From: Patescibacteria group bacterium
GTDB taxonomy: Bacteria; Patescibacteriota; Minisyncoccia; Phycocordibacterales; UBA2100
NCBI GenBank assembly: GCA_038064835.1
Contig: JBBTSD010000001.1
Span: forward strand, 100,406 to 164,405
DNA length: 64,000 bases
Direction of reading: 5' to 3'
Shown here: positions 17,878 through 27,367 of the stretch, in pieces
How the letters are laid out: the number at the start of each line of letters is the position of its first letter
Position numbering within the stretch: position 1 is the first letter of the stretch
Notes under the pieces: model-generated
Told to the model about the DNA's origin: nothing
Seen by the model: the letters and a program-made list of their open reading frames with translations, nothing else
The model's database searches: none
Translations under genes and position numbers: made by a program

Positions 17878-18552
17878 ATGACACATACTGTACATCCATT
17901 TGCACATCGCCTCGGCATTCTGCGCGACTGGAAGTCTCGTTGGTTTGCAAAGACACCTGCCCAATACCGCGCATATCTAAAAATCGACACGCTGATTCGT
18001 GAGTACCTCAAGAAGCGCTTGCGCGGCGGATATGTCACACTCGTGCAAATCGAACGGGGCGAGAAGCAGGTACGCATCAAGATAAAAACATCTCGTCCAG
18101 GTATCATCATCGGCCGTGGTGGCGAAGGTAGCACCAAGCTCGTCAAGGATATCGAGAAGTCCTTGCGTCATTCAGGTATCAAGGCGATTCCCGCAATCAA
18201 GCTCGATATTGAAGAGGTCCGCTCGCCAGAGGCGCAGGCCCCGGTGGTGGCATACATGGTTATCGAAGGTCTTGAAAAGCGCATGCCATTCCGGCGCGTC
18301 CTCAAGCAAACTGTCGAAAAAGTCATGGCCAATCGCGATGTGCAGGGTGTGCGTATCGGTATCTCTGGCCGCTTGGGTGGTGCAGAAATGTCACGCACCG
18401 AAGAGATCAAACGAGGTCGGGTGCCACTCCAGACACTGCGTGCGGATGTTGATTTCGCACGAGACGAAGCCTATCTCCCGTACGGCGTCATCGGCATCAA
18501 GGTGTGGATTTACCGTGGCGATATTTTTGAAGACGACATTGCCAAGAAGTAA
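17878..18552 (+). CDS. rpsC: 30S ribosomal protein S3
   Basis: RPGIIIGRGG, SGRLGGAEM, GRVPLQTLRADVD. Confidence 0.97.
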   Translation: MTHTVHPFAHRLGILRDWKSRWFAKTPAQYRAYLKIDTLIREYLKKRLRGGYVTLVQIERGEKQVRIKIKTSRPGIIIGRGGEGSTKLVKDIEKSLRHSGIKAIPAIKLDIEEVRSPEAQAPVVAYMVIEGLEKRMPFRRVLKQTVEKVMANRDVQGVRIGISGRLGGAEMSRTEEIKRGRVPLQTLRADVDFARDEAYLPYGVIGIKVWIYRGDIFEDDIAKK

Positions 18553-18560
18553 TAATTAGT

Positions 18561-18980
18561 ATGCTTTTCCCTAAACGACCAAAATATAGAAAGTGGCAGA
18601 ATGATCGCAAGCACCCGACCAAGCTTCTTGCGCTCGATACGCGTGGTATCACTGTTGCGTTCGGCTCGTTTGGCCTGAAAGCTGCTAGTGGTGGCCGTAT
18701 TACCGCAAACCAAATCGAATCTGCGCGCAAGGTAGTCAGTCGTTCGCTCGGTAAGAACGGCAAGATGTGGACACGGATTTTCCCTGATCGACCGCGTACT
18801 ATCAAAGCCGCCGAAACTCCCATGGGCTCAGGAAAGGGTGAGCTCAAGGACTATGTGTTCGAGGTGCGTCCCGGCCGTGTATTGTTCGAGATTGACGGTA
18901 TCACCGAGCCAGTTGCTCGCGAGGCTCTCGTCAAGGCAGGCAAGAAGCTACCAGTTAAGGTGCGTGTGGTTGCACGATAA
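18561..18980 (+). CDS. rplP: 50S ribosomal protein L16
   Basis: RIFPDRP, PMGSGKG. Confidence 0.97.
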   Translation: MLFPKRPKYRKWQNDRKHPTKLLALDTRGITVAFGSFGLKAASGGRITANQIESARKVVSRSLGKNGKMWTRIFPDRPRTIKAAETPMGSGKGELKDYVFEVRPGRVLFEIDGITEPVAREALVKAGKKLPVKVRVVAR

Positions 18981-18984
18981 TTGT

Positions 18985-19188
18985 ATGGACATCTCAGATA
19001 TTCGAAAGAAAGCAGATGCAGATATTCGCGTGCTTATCACTGGCTTGCGTGAAGAGTTGCGCGTATTTCGTTTTGGCGGTGCAGGAAGCAGGACACGAAA
19101 TGTAAAAGAGGGACGAGGTCTGCGTCGCCGGATTGCGCGCATGCATACGGTCCTAAAAGAGCGAGAGCTTGAAATTGTAAAGAAATAA
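18985..19188 (+). CDS. rpmC: 50S ribosomal protein L29
   Basis: LREELRVFRF..RRRIARMHTVLKERE; operon position. Confidence 0.9.
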   Translation: MDISDIRKKADADIRVLITGLREELRVFRFGGAGSRTRNVKEGRGLRRRIARMHTVLKERELEIVKK

Positions 19189-19208
19189 TTGTAGGATGCG
19201 CACTCACT

Positions 19209-19493
19209 ATGAATAAGACTACTGAAACAACAAACGGCGGAAAGACACTGCGAGGTATCGTAGTAAAAGCCGCCATGACAGACACGGCAACCGTTTCGGT
19301 GCGTCGTTTTGTAAAGCACCCAAAGTACAAAAAGTACCTCACTCGTGAGAAGTGCTATTTGGTCCATAATGCGGGCAACAAGGCCCGCGTAGGGGACGCC
19401 GTGGTAATCCGCGAGACTCGCCCTATTTCAAAACTCAAACACTTCACCATCGAATCTATCTCACCTGTCCCAACTGACGATTCGTCAAAATAA
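19209..19493 (+). CDS. rpsQ: 30S ribosomal protein S17
   Basis: HPKYKK, ETRPISKLKHF. Confidence 0.96.
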   Translation: MNKTTETTNGGKTLRGIVVKAAMTDTATVSVRRFVKHPKYKKYLTREKCYLVHNAGNKARVGDAVVIRETRPISKLKHFTIESISPVPTDDSSK

Positions 19494-19494
19494 T

Positions 19495-19869
19495 ATGATT
19501 CAGCCAAACACAGTGGTGAAAATAGCAGACAACTCCGGTGGAAAGATCGGGTTTGTATTCAAGATTCTCGGTGGCTCTCGTCGTCGTTATGCACGCATCG
19601 GAGACGAAGTGGTCATATCTATTCGTGTCGCTGAACCACGCAAGCAGGTGAAAAAGAAAGAGGTTCTTCGTGCGGTCATTGTCCGTCAGCGCCAACCATT
19701 TCGTCGCAGTGATGGCTCCTACATCCGCTTCGATGAAAACGCGGTCGTGATTGTCGACAAGGCCGGCAAGAAAGAGCCTGTTGCCAACCGTGTCTTTGGT
19801 CCGATTCCGCGCGAAGTTGTCGAGCGCGGCTACCAAAAGATCGGTTCTCTGGCACCAGAAGTTCTCTAA
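19495..19869 (+). CDS. rplN: 50S ribosomal protein L14
   Basis: ADNSG, DGSYIRFDENA, SLAPEVL. Confidence 0.97.
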   Translation: MIQPNTVVKIADNSGGKIGFVFKILGGSRRRYARIGDEVVISIRVAEPRKQVKKKEVLRAVIVRQRQPFRRSDGSYIRFDENAVVIVDKAGKKEPVANRVFGPIPREVVERGYQKIGSLAPEVL

Positions 19870-19874
19870 ACTAT

Positions 19875-20183
19875 ATGAAAATAAAGAAAGGAGATAAAGT
19901 GATTGTGATTGCGGGCAAGGATCGCGGCAAGACAGGCTCGATTCTGCGTGCACTTCCAAAAACCAATCAGGTCATCATCGATGGTATCAATATGGTCAAG
20001 CGCCACCAGCGAGCAAATCGCGCTGGCCGCAAAGGACAGATTATTGAGCAGGCGATGCCACTCCATGCGTCCAATGTGCAGATTGTAGATCCAAAGTCTG
20101 GCAAACCAACCCGCATAAAGATCGACCGCAAAAATGGCAAGTACGCTCGCGTTGCAAAGAAGAGTGGATCAGCCATCGCATAA
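19875..20183 (+). CDS. rplX: 50S ribosomal protein L24
   Basis: IKKGDKVIVIAGKDRGKTG, PLHASNV. Confidence 0.97.
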   Translation: MKIKKGDKVIVIAGKDRGKTGSILRALPKTNQVIIDGINMVKRHQRANRAGRKGQIIEQAMPLHASNVQIVDPKSGKPTRIKIDRKNGKYARVAKKSGSAIA

Positions 20184-20187
20184 TTTT

Positions 20188-20730
20188 ATGACTTACCACA
20201 CTGTTCAAAAACAAAAGACTGTACTCGCTGCTCTCAAGGAGCGTTTTGGGTACAAAAACCCGATGCAGGCTCCAAAGATTACCAAAGTGGTTGTTTCAGT
20301 GGGTGTCGGGTCTGTTTCTGACAAGAAAAAGAAAGAAATGATTGGTGACCGGCTCATGCGCATCACTGGCCAAAAGCCAGCGTCGCGTGTTGCCAAGAAA
20401 TCTATCGCCTCATTCAAGCTCCGTGCGGGCGAAATGGTGGGGTATCAAATTACGATGCGTGGTGCCCGTATGTGGTCGTTCCTCGACAAGCTTATCCATG
20501 TTGCGCTTCCACGCACACGAGACTTCCGTGGGCTAAAGACATCAGCAATCGATGAAATGGGAAACATCACCATCGCTATTCGTGAACACTCAGTGTTCCC
20601 AGAGACAGCTGATGAAGATGTGCGCGACATCTTTGGTCTTGCCATCACTATTACCACAACTGCAAAAAGCAAAGCCGAAGCCGAAGCACTGTTCCGCCAT
20701 ATCGGACTGCCACTTCAAGAGACGGCATAG
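20188..20730 (+). CDS. rplE: 50S ribosomal protein L5
   Basis: ITGQKP, KKSIASFKLR, LPRTRDFRG. Confidence 0.97.
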   Translation: MTYHTVQKQKTVLAALKERFGYKNPMQAPKITKVVVSVGVGSVSDKKKKEMIGDRLMRITGQKPASRVAKKSIASFKLRAGEMVGYQITMRGARMWSFLDKLIHVALPRTRDFRGLKTSAIDEMGNITIAIREHSVFPETADEDVRDIFGLAITITTTAKSKAEAEALFRHIGLPLQETA

Positions 20731-20802
20731 TATTCACAAGGATGGGTTCGAGAAAGTTGCCAGAGGCAACTTTCTTTCGTAGGGTTACGAAGGATATCGA
20801 TA

Positions 20803-21198
20803 ATGGAGAATACCATGGCGCTTGCGCGCGAAGACATCAAAGTAGGTGCGAAAGTGGGATGGAGCTCGTGGGGCTCCACGCTTGATGATGACCGTTATCA
20901 CCACGATAACTACGGGATGATTGTGGCGGTATGCGAGAAGTCTGGTATTTACCAGGTTCAACATTTGGAACACATGTATATCGGTCGGCACAACATAGTC
21001 ATTGTGAACAAGGACGACACATTCAGCACTCACACCATGACCATTGTTTCTGAGAAGGATTTTCAGGAGGTAGTTCGTCACAAACGAGACGATCTCAAGA
21101 AAAAGATATCCTCACTGAGGAGTTCGCTCGCCGAATCTCTGGCAGAGAGAAAGGTGGTAAGGCTTTTTTCTCAAAAAATGAGGAAGGTTCATGCGTAG
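20803..21198 (+). CDS. Hypothetical protein (SH3-like N-terminus, coiled-coil C-terminus)
   Basis: 131-aa ORF with GGAG before the second ATG. Confidence 0.6.
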   Translation: MENTMALAREDIKVGAKVGWSSWGSTLDDDRYHHDNYGMIVAVCEKSGIYQVQHLEHMYIGRHNIVIVNKDDTFSTHTMTIVSEKDFQEVVRHKRDDLKKKISSLRSSLAESLAERKVVRLFSQKMRKVHA

Positions 21199-21230
21199 GT
21201 TAGTCGCTGTTGACACAGACGGCTCATAAA

Positions 21231-21256
21231 AAAACCGCCGGTTACCCGGCGGTTTT
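21231..21256. terminator. Bidirectional terminator hairpin
   Basis: AAAACCGCCGG-TTAC-CCGGCGGTTTT. Confidence 0.75.
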
Positions 21257-22012
21257 GTTTTTGTCGTCTTCCTCACGCTTTTTCTCGGCGCGGTTTTCTC
21301 GGATAACCTCGATAGTGCTTTTACCTCGGTGTTTCCTGCCATGCCACTCTTTGAGTGACTCTGCTGACCGGGTAACCCACGAAAATAGGGGGCCAAGCCA
21401 CATCCAACGAATCCAAGGATGACGGTCGATGAAAGCTTTCACTGGCGCCCACTTCTCGACTATGATTGACGAGAGGGCATCAAGGCCGATGATTTTGAGT
21501 TTCTCGACCATCATCCAGAGGAGTATCGAGGCGACGAATCCTTCAATCTTGCCGATGTGTTCGTTGATCCAGACAAAGCCCCAAAAGAACAAACTGATGA
21601 TAACGAGTGCGATAAGCGCTCGTACCCAGCGTGGCCAGTCTGGCTTGAAGAGCACGACTCGCTTGAGTGTCTCGAGTATGCGCGATTGTTTCTCGCCAAA
21701 CCACTTCTCGATTTTATCCTGGCGAACCTGTCCTAGTAGGAAGAGGGCAATGAGAATAGTGACGAGCCGCCAGAAGGGGCGCGAGATTTTTCGAATCATC
21801 GTGCGTTCAGTTAAGCCGCGGATACTGGTTGCAAGCGATTGCGAGAAGATGCCGACCAGACGGGCAAAGAATTCAACAATTGCTCGCCATAGCCAGATGA
21901 TCATCCGGCCGGCGGCTCCGAGGATGTCTGTGTCAAAGATACGGTCGATGACATGTATGCCACCCACAAAGAGAGCAAGCATGAGTATGATGCGGACGGC
22001 AATGATTACCAC
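21242..22012 (-). CDS. Hypothetical membrane protein
   Basis: 256-aa ORF with several TM helices; GGAAGGAGG RBS. Confidence 0.75.
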   Translation of the reverse strand: MVIIAVRIILMLALFVGGIHVIDRIFDTDILGAAGRMIIWLWRAIVEFFARLVGIFSQSLATSIRGLTERTMIRKISRPFWRLVTILIALFLLGQVRQDKIEKWFGEKQSRILETLKRVVLFKPDWPRWVRALIALVIISLFFWGFVWINEHIGKIEGFVASILLWMMVEKLKIIGLDALSSIIVEKWAPVKAFIDRHPWIRWMWLGPLFSWVTRSAESLKEWHGRKHRGKSTIEVIRENRAEKKREEDDKNKTAG

Positions 22013-22115
22013 TGTAGACCTCCTTCCCTATAGTTCCGAGTTTGATTATGACATCTTTTACCACTGTAAGCAATACTCGTGTACGAGGCCTCGGGAAAGT
22101 TGCCCTATGAGTTTG

Positions 22116-22144
22116 TTGACAATCCGTCGTGAAGGGCATAGTAT
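22116..22144 (+). promoter_or_regulatory. Sigma70 promoter for rpsN onward
   Basis: TTGACA-17 bp-TAGTAT. Confidence 0.7.
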
Positions 22145-22173
22145 GCACAAGCCTTTTTAGGCCCATTTTTCTT

Positions 22174-22359
22174 ATGGCAAAGACATCCATGATTGCAAAA
22201 GCTAACCGCCCTCCGAAATACAAGAGTCGGGTGGTTCGTCGGTGCTTCCGTTGTGGGAGGCCGCGAGGCTATATGCGCGCCTTTGGCTTTTGCCGTATCT
22301 GTTTCCGCGAACAGGCTCTCGAGGGGCACATTCCTGGGGTAAAGAAGTCTTCTTGGTAA
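22174..22359 (+). CDS. rpsN: 30S ribosomal protein S14, Zn-binding type
   Basis: RCFRCGR...CRICFRE...PGVKKSSW. Confidence 0.96.
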   Translation: MAKTSMIAKANRPPKYKSRVVRRCFRCGRPRGYMRAFGFCRICFREQALEGHIPGVKKSSW

Positions 22360-22360
22360 T

Positions 22361-22756
22361 ATGCTACACGATCCCATCAGCGACATGGTTGTCCGTCTCC
22401 GCAATGCAGGAGCGGTAAAGAAACAAACAACCTTAGTTCCTTTTTCACAGCTCAAGATGGCTATCGCTGGCAAGCTCGCCGAGCATGGCTACATCAAGTC
22501 TGCCGAGCTGAAAGGCAAGAAGGTGAAAAAGATGCTCGAGGTAGCTCTTGCATACAACGAGGATGGAACACCAAAGATTCGTGGCACCAAGCGGATTTCA
22601 AAGCCTGGCCGTCGCATGTATACGCTAGTGCGCAATATTGCTCCTGTAAAATTTGGTCATGGCACAGTAATTATTTCAACTCCCAAAGGGATACTCACGG
22701 GTACCGAAGCGCGCAAACAAAATGTCGGCGGAGAGATTCTGTTTGAAATCTGGTAA
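22361..22756 (+). CDS. rpsH: 30S ribosomal protein S8
   Basis: DPISDM..RLRNA, ISKPGRR, GGEIL. Confidence 0.97.
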   Translation: MLHDPISDMVVRLRNAGAVKKQTTLVPFSQLKMAIAGKLAEHGYIKSAELKGKKVKKMLEVALAYNEDGTPKIRGTKRISKPGRRMYTLVRNIAPVKFGHGTVIISTPKGILTGTEARKQNVGGEILFEIW

Positions 22757-22767
22757 TACCACTATAT

Positions 22768-23304
22768 ATGAGCCGTATCGGAAAAAAACCAATTACTATC
22801 CCAACCGGCGTCGCCGTGTCTGTTCTAAACGGCACAGTGACCGTGAAGGGAAAGGCTGGCACATTGGTGCGGAACTTTCGTCCTATCGTCTCCATAGTTG
22901 CCGAAGGTAACGAGGTAATTGTTTCCCCTCACGCAAAGACTCGTCTCGCGAAAGCGCTGTGGGGTACATACGCAGCGCATGTTAAAAACATGATTGCTGG
23001 CGTGGAAAAGCCTTTTGCAAAGCAACTCATCATCGAAGGTGTTGGTTATAAAGCAAACATTGTTGGCAAAAAAGTCGTACTCGCTGTGGGTTACTCACAT
23101 CCAGTCGAGCTCGAGATTCCTGACGGCGTTACTGTCACGGTAGAGAAGGGAGTCGTTACTATCAGTGGTATCGACCGCGATATAGTCGGACAGTTTGCCG
23201 CAAACATTCGCGCTACTCGAAAGCCAGAACCATACAAGGGTAAAGGTATCCGTTACAGTGATGAAGTTATCCGTCGCAAGCAAGGCAAGAAGACAGTTGG
23301 ATAA
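22768..23304 (+). CDS. rplF: 50S ribosomal protein L6
   Basis: MSRIGKKPI, PEPYKGKGIRY. Confidence 0.98.
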   Translation: MSRIGKKPITIPTGVAVSVLNGTVTVKGKAGTLVRNFRPIVSIVAEGNEVIVSPHAKTRLAKALWGTYAAHVKNMIAGVEKPFAKQLIIEGVGYKANIVGKKVVLAVGYSHPVELEIPDGVTVTVEKGVVTISGIDRDIVGQFAANIRATRKPEPYKGKGIRYSDEVIRRKQGKKTVG

Positions 23305-23309
23305 ATCAT

Positions 23310-23660
23310 ATGGCTAAAACATCACACAAAACAGTAAAAAGACAACGGCGCCATGCCCGTGTTCGTTCGCGGGTGTCCGGTACTGCTGATCGCCCCCGTC
23401 TCTCAGTGTACAAATCGAATACCCAAATCATCGCGCAGGTCATTGACGACGAAGGAGGGGTCACTCTTGCCGCAACAGCATCAAAAGCGCACAAGGGCGC
23501 TACACCGCGCGCTCGTGCAGAAGAGGCGGCGAAAGAGCTTGCTAAGGCCGTCAAGGCAAAAGGAGTCACCAAGATTGTCTTTGACCGGGGTGGTTCAGAA
23601 TATACTGGCACCATACAAGCATTTGCTGATGCAGCTCGTTCTGCCGGACTGGAATTCTAA
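23310..23660 (+). CDS. rplR: 50S ribosomal protein L18
   Basis: RPRLSVYKSN, VFDRGG, ARSAGLEF. Confidence 0.97.
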   Translation: MAKTSHKTVKRQRRHARVRSRVSGTADRPRLSVYKSNTQIIAQVIDDEGGVTLAATASKAHKGATPRARAEEAAKELAKAVKAKGVTKIVFDRGGSEYTGTIQAFADAARSAGLEF

Positions 23661-23677
23661 TGAATTTTAATTTTACT

Positions 23678-24253
23678 ATGACTGACACACCAGACAACTC
23701 AAAGATCGCAAAGCCAGCAGGAGATCAGGGGGCACGATCACAAGGTGATCGTGGTGCACGCCGAACACCTGATCGTTCTCGTCGCGGTGGGTCACAGGGC
23801 GGTGATCGTGGTGATCGTCGTTCTGAATTTGCAAACAAAGTTATCGGTATGCGCCGTGTTGCTCGCGTGATGGCTGGTGGCCGTCGTTTCAACTTCAGTG
23901 TGGCAATGGTTGTCGGAGACAAGAAAGGCCGTGTTGGTTTTGGACTTGGCAAAGCCGCCGACACTGCTCTCGCTATTGAAAAGGCGACCAATGATGCAAA
24001 GCGCAATATGATTACCGTGATACGCACCAAAAACAACAGTATTCCACATGATGTTTCTGCAAAATACGCCGCATCGGTAGTGATGATTCGTCCTTCTGCA
24101 GGTAGCGGATTGGTTGCGGGAAGTGCCGTGCGCGTCGTCCTGGAGCTTGGTGGTATTACAGATGTTATTGCAAAACTTCATTCGCGGAGCAAGAATCCAA
24201 TCAACAATGCGCGCGTGGCAATCAAGGCACTCGAGCAAATCGCCAAGAAATAA
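23678..24253 (+). CDS. rpsE: 30S ribosomal protein S5 (start 23678 or 23660)
   Basis: RVARVMAGGRRFNFS, GRVGFGLGKA. Confidence 0.96.
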   Translation: MTDTPDNSKIAKPAGDQGARSQGDRGARRTPDRSRRGGSQGGDRGDRRSEFANKVIGMRRVARVMAGGRRFNFSVAMVVGDKKGRVGFGLGKAADTALAIEKATNDAKRNMITVIRTKNNSIPHDVSAKYAASVVMIRPSAGSGLVAGSAVRVVLELGGITDVIAKLHSRSKNPINNARVAIKALEQIAKK

Positions 24254-24265
24254 CCAACACAGATT

Positions 24266-24712
24266 ATGAAACAAGCACTCCACACACTTTCACGAAAAAC
24301 ACCACGCAAGGATATGCGTGTAGGACGCGGTGGCAAGCGCGGCAAGACTGCTGGTCGTGGTACCAAGGGGCAGAACGCTCGTGCGGGTCACAAAAAGCGT
24401 CCTGAAATCCGCGATTTCATCAAGAAGCTTCCGAAGCGTCGTGGGTTTGGCAAGAATCGCGCAAAAGGCACCTGGAGTGATCGTCCAAAACCAAGCGAGG
24501 TTACTATCAAACAACTTGAAGATACATTCGACACTGGTGCGGTCGTCAGTGTGAAGACGCTCTTTGAAAAGAAACTCATTCCGGCACTTGGTGATGTCAA
24601 AATCATCGGCAATGAATCGTTGACCAAGAAGCTCACCATCGAAGGGTGCCGTATTTCAAAAGGTGCTCAGGCGATTGTCGAGAAAGCAGGCGGCACAGTT
24701 GCTGCTGTCTAA
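24266..24712 (+). CDS. rplO: 50S ribosomal protein L15
   Basis: RVGRGGKRGKTAGRGTKGQ, LPKRRGF. Confidence 0.95.
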   Translation: MKQALHTLSRKTPRKDMRVGRGGKRGKTAGRGTKGQNARAGHKKRPEIRDFIKKLPKRRGFGKNRAKGTWSDRPKPSEVTIKQLEDTFDTGAVVSVKTLFEKKLIPALGDVKIIGNESLTKKLTIEGCRISKGAQAIVEKAGGTVAAV

Positions 24713-24713
24713 T

Positions 24714-25988
24714 ATGGTAGAAACCTTCTTGAGAAAGATGCAGATTGTCGTACAAGACGCGACACTTCGTTCACGCATTCTGTTTGTCCTCGGGGCGCTC
24801 CTCTTGTTCCGTATTCTCGCAGTGATTCCAATTCCAAGTATCGACACCGCACGCCTCGAAGCATTCCTTGGAAGCAACCAATTTCTCGGTCTTCTCAATA
24901 TTTTCTCTGGTGGCGGTCTTTCAAACCTTTCGATTGTCATGCTTGGTGTTGGTCCGTACATCACTGCCTCTATCATCATGCAGCTCGCAACCGTTCTTTC
25001 TCCAAAACTCAAAGCAATCTATCAAGAAGAGGGAGACGCCGGCCGTCAGCGCTTTATGCAGTATTCGCGCTACCTCACAATCCCCCTTGCTTTTATACAA
25101 GCATTTAGTTTTCTCGCACTGCTTCGTCAACAAGGAATTGTTGCAGATCTCGATTTCGTCAACATGCTCACCAGTGTCATGGTGATTGCCGCCGGATCAG
25201 TGCTCCTGATGTGGATCGGCGAGCTCATATCAGAATTTGGCGTGGGGAATGGCGTGTCGCTTATTATCTTTGCAGGTATCGTCGCGAGTATTCCCCCGAC
25301 ACTTTCGCAGTTTGCTTTCACTTTTGATTTCGCGCAGATTCCGACCTATATAGGTCTGTTGGTTGCAACTGTCGCGATTACTGCCGCAGTGGTGTTTATC
25401 ACCGAGGCCGAGCGGCCAATCCCTGTGACCTATTCACGGCGTGTTCGCGGTGTGAAGGTGTTGGGTGGCGGATCGACCTATCTACCACTTCGTGTAAACC
25501 AGGCTGGTGTTATTCCAATTATCTTTGCACTCTCGATTCTTCTGTTCCCACAAATGATTGCCACTTTTCTTACTACCTCAAGTATCGTTTGGCTTTCCGC
25601 TGGTGCAAAGGCGGTAGTGAGCGGACTGAGTAATCAATGGGTGTACGGCACGATGTATTTTTTCCTTGTGGTGGTGTTTACCTATTTCTACACCGCGGTT
25701 ACCTTTGAGCCTAATCAAATTGCAAAGAACCTCCAAAAGAACGGCGCGTTTATTCCCGGAGTCCGTCCAGGCAATACCACAGCAGAATATTTGGGAGACA
25801 TCATTACGCGCATTACACTTTTCGGCGCACTATTCCTTGGGCTTATTGCGGTCCTGCCGATTATCGTGCAGGGCTTGAGTGGCATCACTACGCTTACTAT
25901 CGGTGGCACCGCACTTCTTATTGCTGTTTCTGTAGTGCTTGATCTCGTCAAAAAAGTAGACGCGCAGACTTCCATTCGAGAGTACTAG
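24714..25988 (+). CDS. secY: Preprotein translocase subunit SecY
   Basis: LGVGPYITASIIMQL, GNGVSLIIFAGI, AGVIPIIFA, FIPGVRPG. Confidence 0.98.
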   Translation: MVETFLRKMQIVVQDATLRSRILFVLGALLLFRILAVIPIPSIDTARLEAFLGSNQFLGLLNIFSGGGLSNLSIVMLGVGPYITASIIMQLATVLSPKLKAIYQEEGDAGRQRFMQYSRYLTIPLAFIQAFSFLALLRQQGIVADLDFVNMLTSVMVIAAGSVLLMWIGELISEFGVGNGVSLIIFAGIVASIPPTLSQFAFTFDFAQIPTYIGLLVATVAITAAVVFITEAERPIPVTYSRRVRGVKVLGGGSTYLPLRVNQAGVIPIIFALSILLFPQMIATFLTTSSIVWLSAGAKAVVSGLSNQWVYGTMYFFLVVVFTYFYTAVTFEPNQIAKNLQKNGAFIPGVRPGNTTAEYLGDIITRITLFGALFLGLIAVLPIIVQGLSGITTLTIGGTALLIAVSVVLDLVKKVDAQTSIREY

Positions 25989-26065
25989 GTTTTTCTCGAC
26001 TACTTCAAAATGCTTTCCCGCGCTATCGGAGCGTGGTAGAAATCAATGGGCAAAGGAGATAGGTA

Positions 26066-27352
26066 ATGCGTATAACAGTGTTTGGGAGCGATGCGCGGGC
26101 GCACGCTCTGTGCACACGACTGACGATGGATACTGTAAAGCCCGTCGTTACCTGCGTGCCGGGAAATGCGGGAATGAAAGAACCGATTCGGCGCAAGCAC
26201 ATACTTCCTGCGTGTATGGACAATCTTGCACGGTCTGTAGAAGGAAGTTGTGATCTGGCCATAGTTGGGTCTGATAGACTTCTAGCACAAGGACTTTCTG
26301 ACAAACTCCGAGAGCGAGGGATTCCGACTTTTGGTCCGTCGAAATGTGCTTCAGAAATTGAATGGAGCAAATTGTTCGCAAAGAGCCTGATGGATCGCTA
26401 TCGTATTCCCACAGCCAAATGGGGTGCAACCAGTGATGAAGGAATGGCTCGCGCAATGGTAAAGGAACTCGGTGGACCTCCTATTGTACTCAAGGCTGAC
26501 GGTCTTGCCGACGGTAAAGGAGTTTTTGTCGCCGATACGGACATCGAGGTCGATGAGGCGATCACCGCTCTTTTCACTGAGAGACGATTTGGCGGTTCAA
26601 AAACTGTCATTATTGAAGAAAAACTCAGTGGATGCGAAGTCTCATACACCGCTCTGTGTGATGGTAGGCGCATCATGCCACTTCCTTGCGCTATGGACTA
26701 TAAGCAGGCGCTCGCCGGTGATAAAGGCCCAAATACGGGTGGTATGGGGGCACATAGTCCTTCGTTTGTACTCACTCCGGCACAGTGTGCGTGGATTGAT
26801 GTGCATATTATGCAAAAGGTGGTTGACGCACTTGCTTCGCAGGGGCTTGAATATCGCGGCGCGCTCTATGCGGGATTGATGGTTCTTCCTGGGGGAGATA
26901 TCCGGGTCATCGAATTCAACGCTCGCTTTGGCGATCCTGAGTGCCAAGTGCTGATGCCACGAATTGGCGAGGACTTGGCACCGCTTTTGTTGGCGGCCGC
27001 GACGGGGAATCTTTCTCCTCGTCCGGTTCGGGTTATGCCAGGCGCCGCTGTATGCGTTACGCTCGCAAGCGCTCCATACCCCGAGAAAGCGACTCCTAAA
27101 GGATTTGTCATCGATGGAATTCTCGCGGCAGAAAAAATTCCTGGGGTGCACCTATATCATGCACACACCACTCGGCAAGGGGATGCTTCTTACATCGAAG
27201 CAGGTGGGCGAGTACTGAGCGTGTGCGCCAATGCCGATTCTTTCAAAATGGCCCTAGAAAAGGCTTATGTGGCGGCCAGGACCATCACTTGGCGAGACAA
27301 GACAATGCGTCAGGACATAGGCTGGCGGGTACTTGACAAATATACCAGATAG
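26066..27352 (+). CDS. purD: Phosphoribosylamine-glycine ligase (GAR synthetase)
   Basis: PGNAG, KADGLADGKGV, GPNTGGMGA, EFNARFGDPE. Confidence 0.9.
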   Translation: MRITVFGSDARAHALCTRLTMDTVKPVVTCVPGNAGMKEPIRRKHILPACMDNLARSVEGSCDLAIVGSDRLLAQGLSDKLRERGIPTFGPSKCASEIEWSKLFAKSLMDRYRIPTAKWGATSDEGMARAMVKELGGPPIVLKADGLADGKGVFVADTDIEVDEAITALFTERRFGGSKTVIIEEKLSGCEVSYTALCDGRRIMPLPCAMDYKQALAGDKGPNTGGMGAHSPSFVLTPAQCAWIDVHIMQKVVDALASQGLEYRGALYAGLMVLPGGDIRVIEFNARFGDPECQVLMPRIGEDLAPLLLAAATGNLSPRPVRVMPGAAVCVTLASAPYPEKATPKGFVIDGILAAEKIPGVHLYHAHTTRQGDASYIEAGGRVLSVCANADSFKMALEKAYVAARTITWRDKTMRQDIGWRVLDKYTR

Positions 27353-27361
27353 GTATACAAT
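27333..27361 (+). promoter_or_regulatory. Consensus-like sigma70 promoter
   Basis: TTGACA-17 bp-TACAAT. Confidence 0.75.
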
Positions 27362-27367
27362 AATAAG

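Larger units (their letters stand above)
20724..22151. mobile_element. Two-gene insertion between rplE and rpsN bounded by a 17-bp direct repeat
   Basis: GGCATAGTATTCACAAG (20724-20740) vs GGCATAGTATGCACAAG (22135-22151); no mobility gene present. Confidence 0.5.

Noticed and set aside
21429-22160. 243-aa plus-strand ORF
   Set aside because: Antisense to the membrane-protein gene 21242-22012, which has an RBS and TM pattern.
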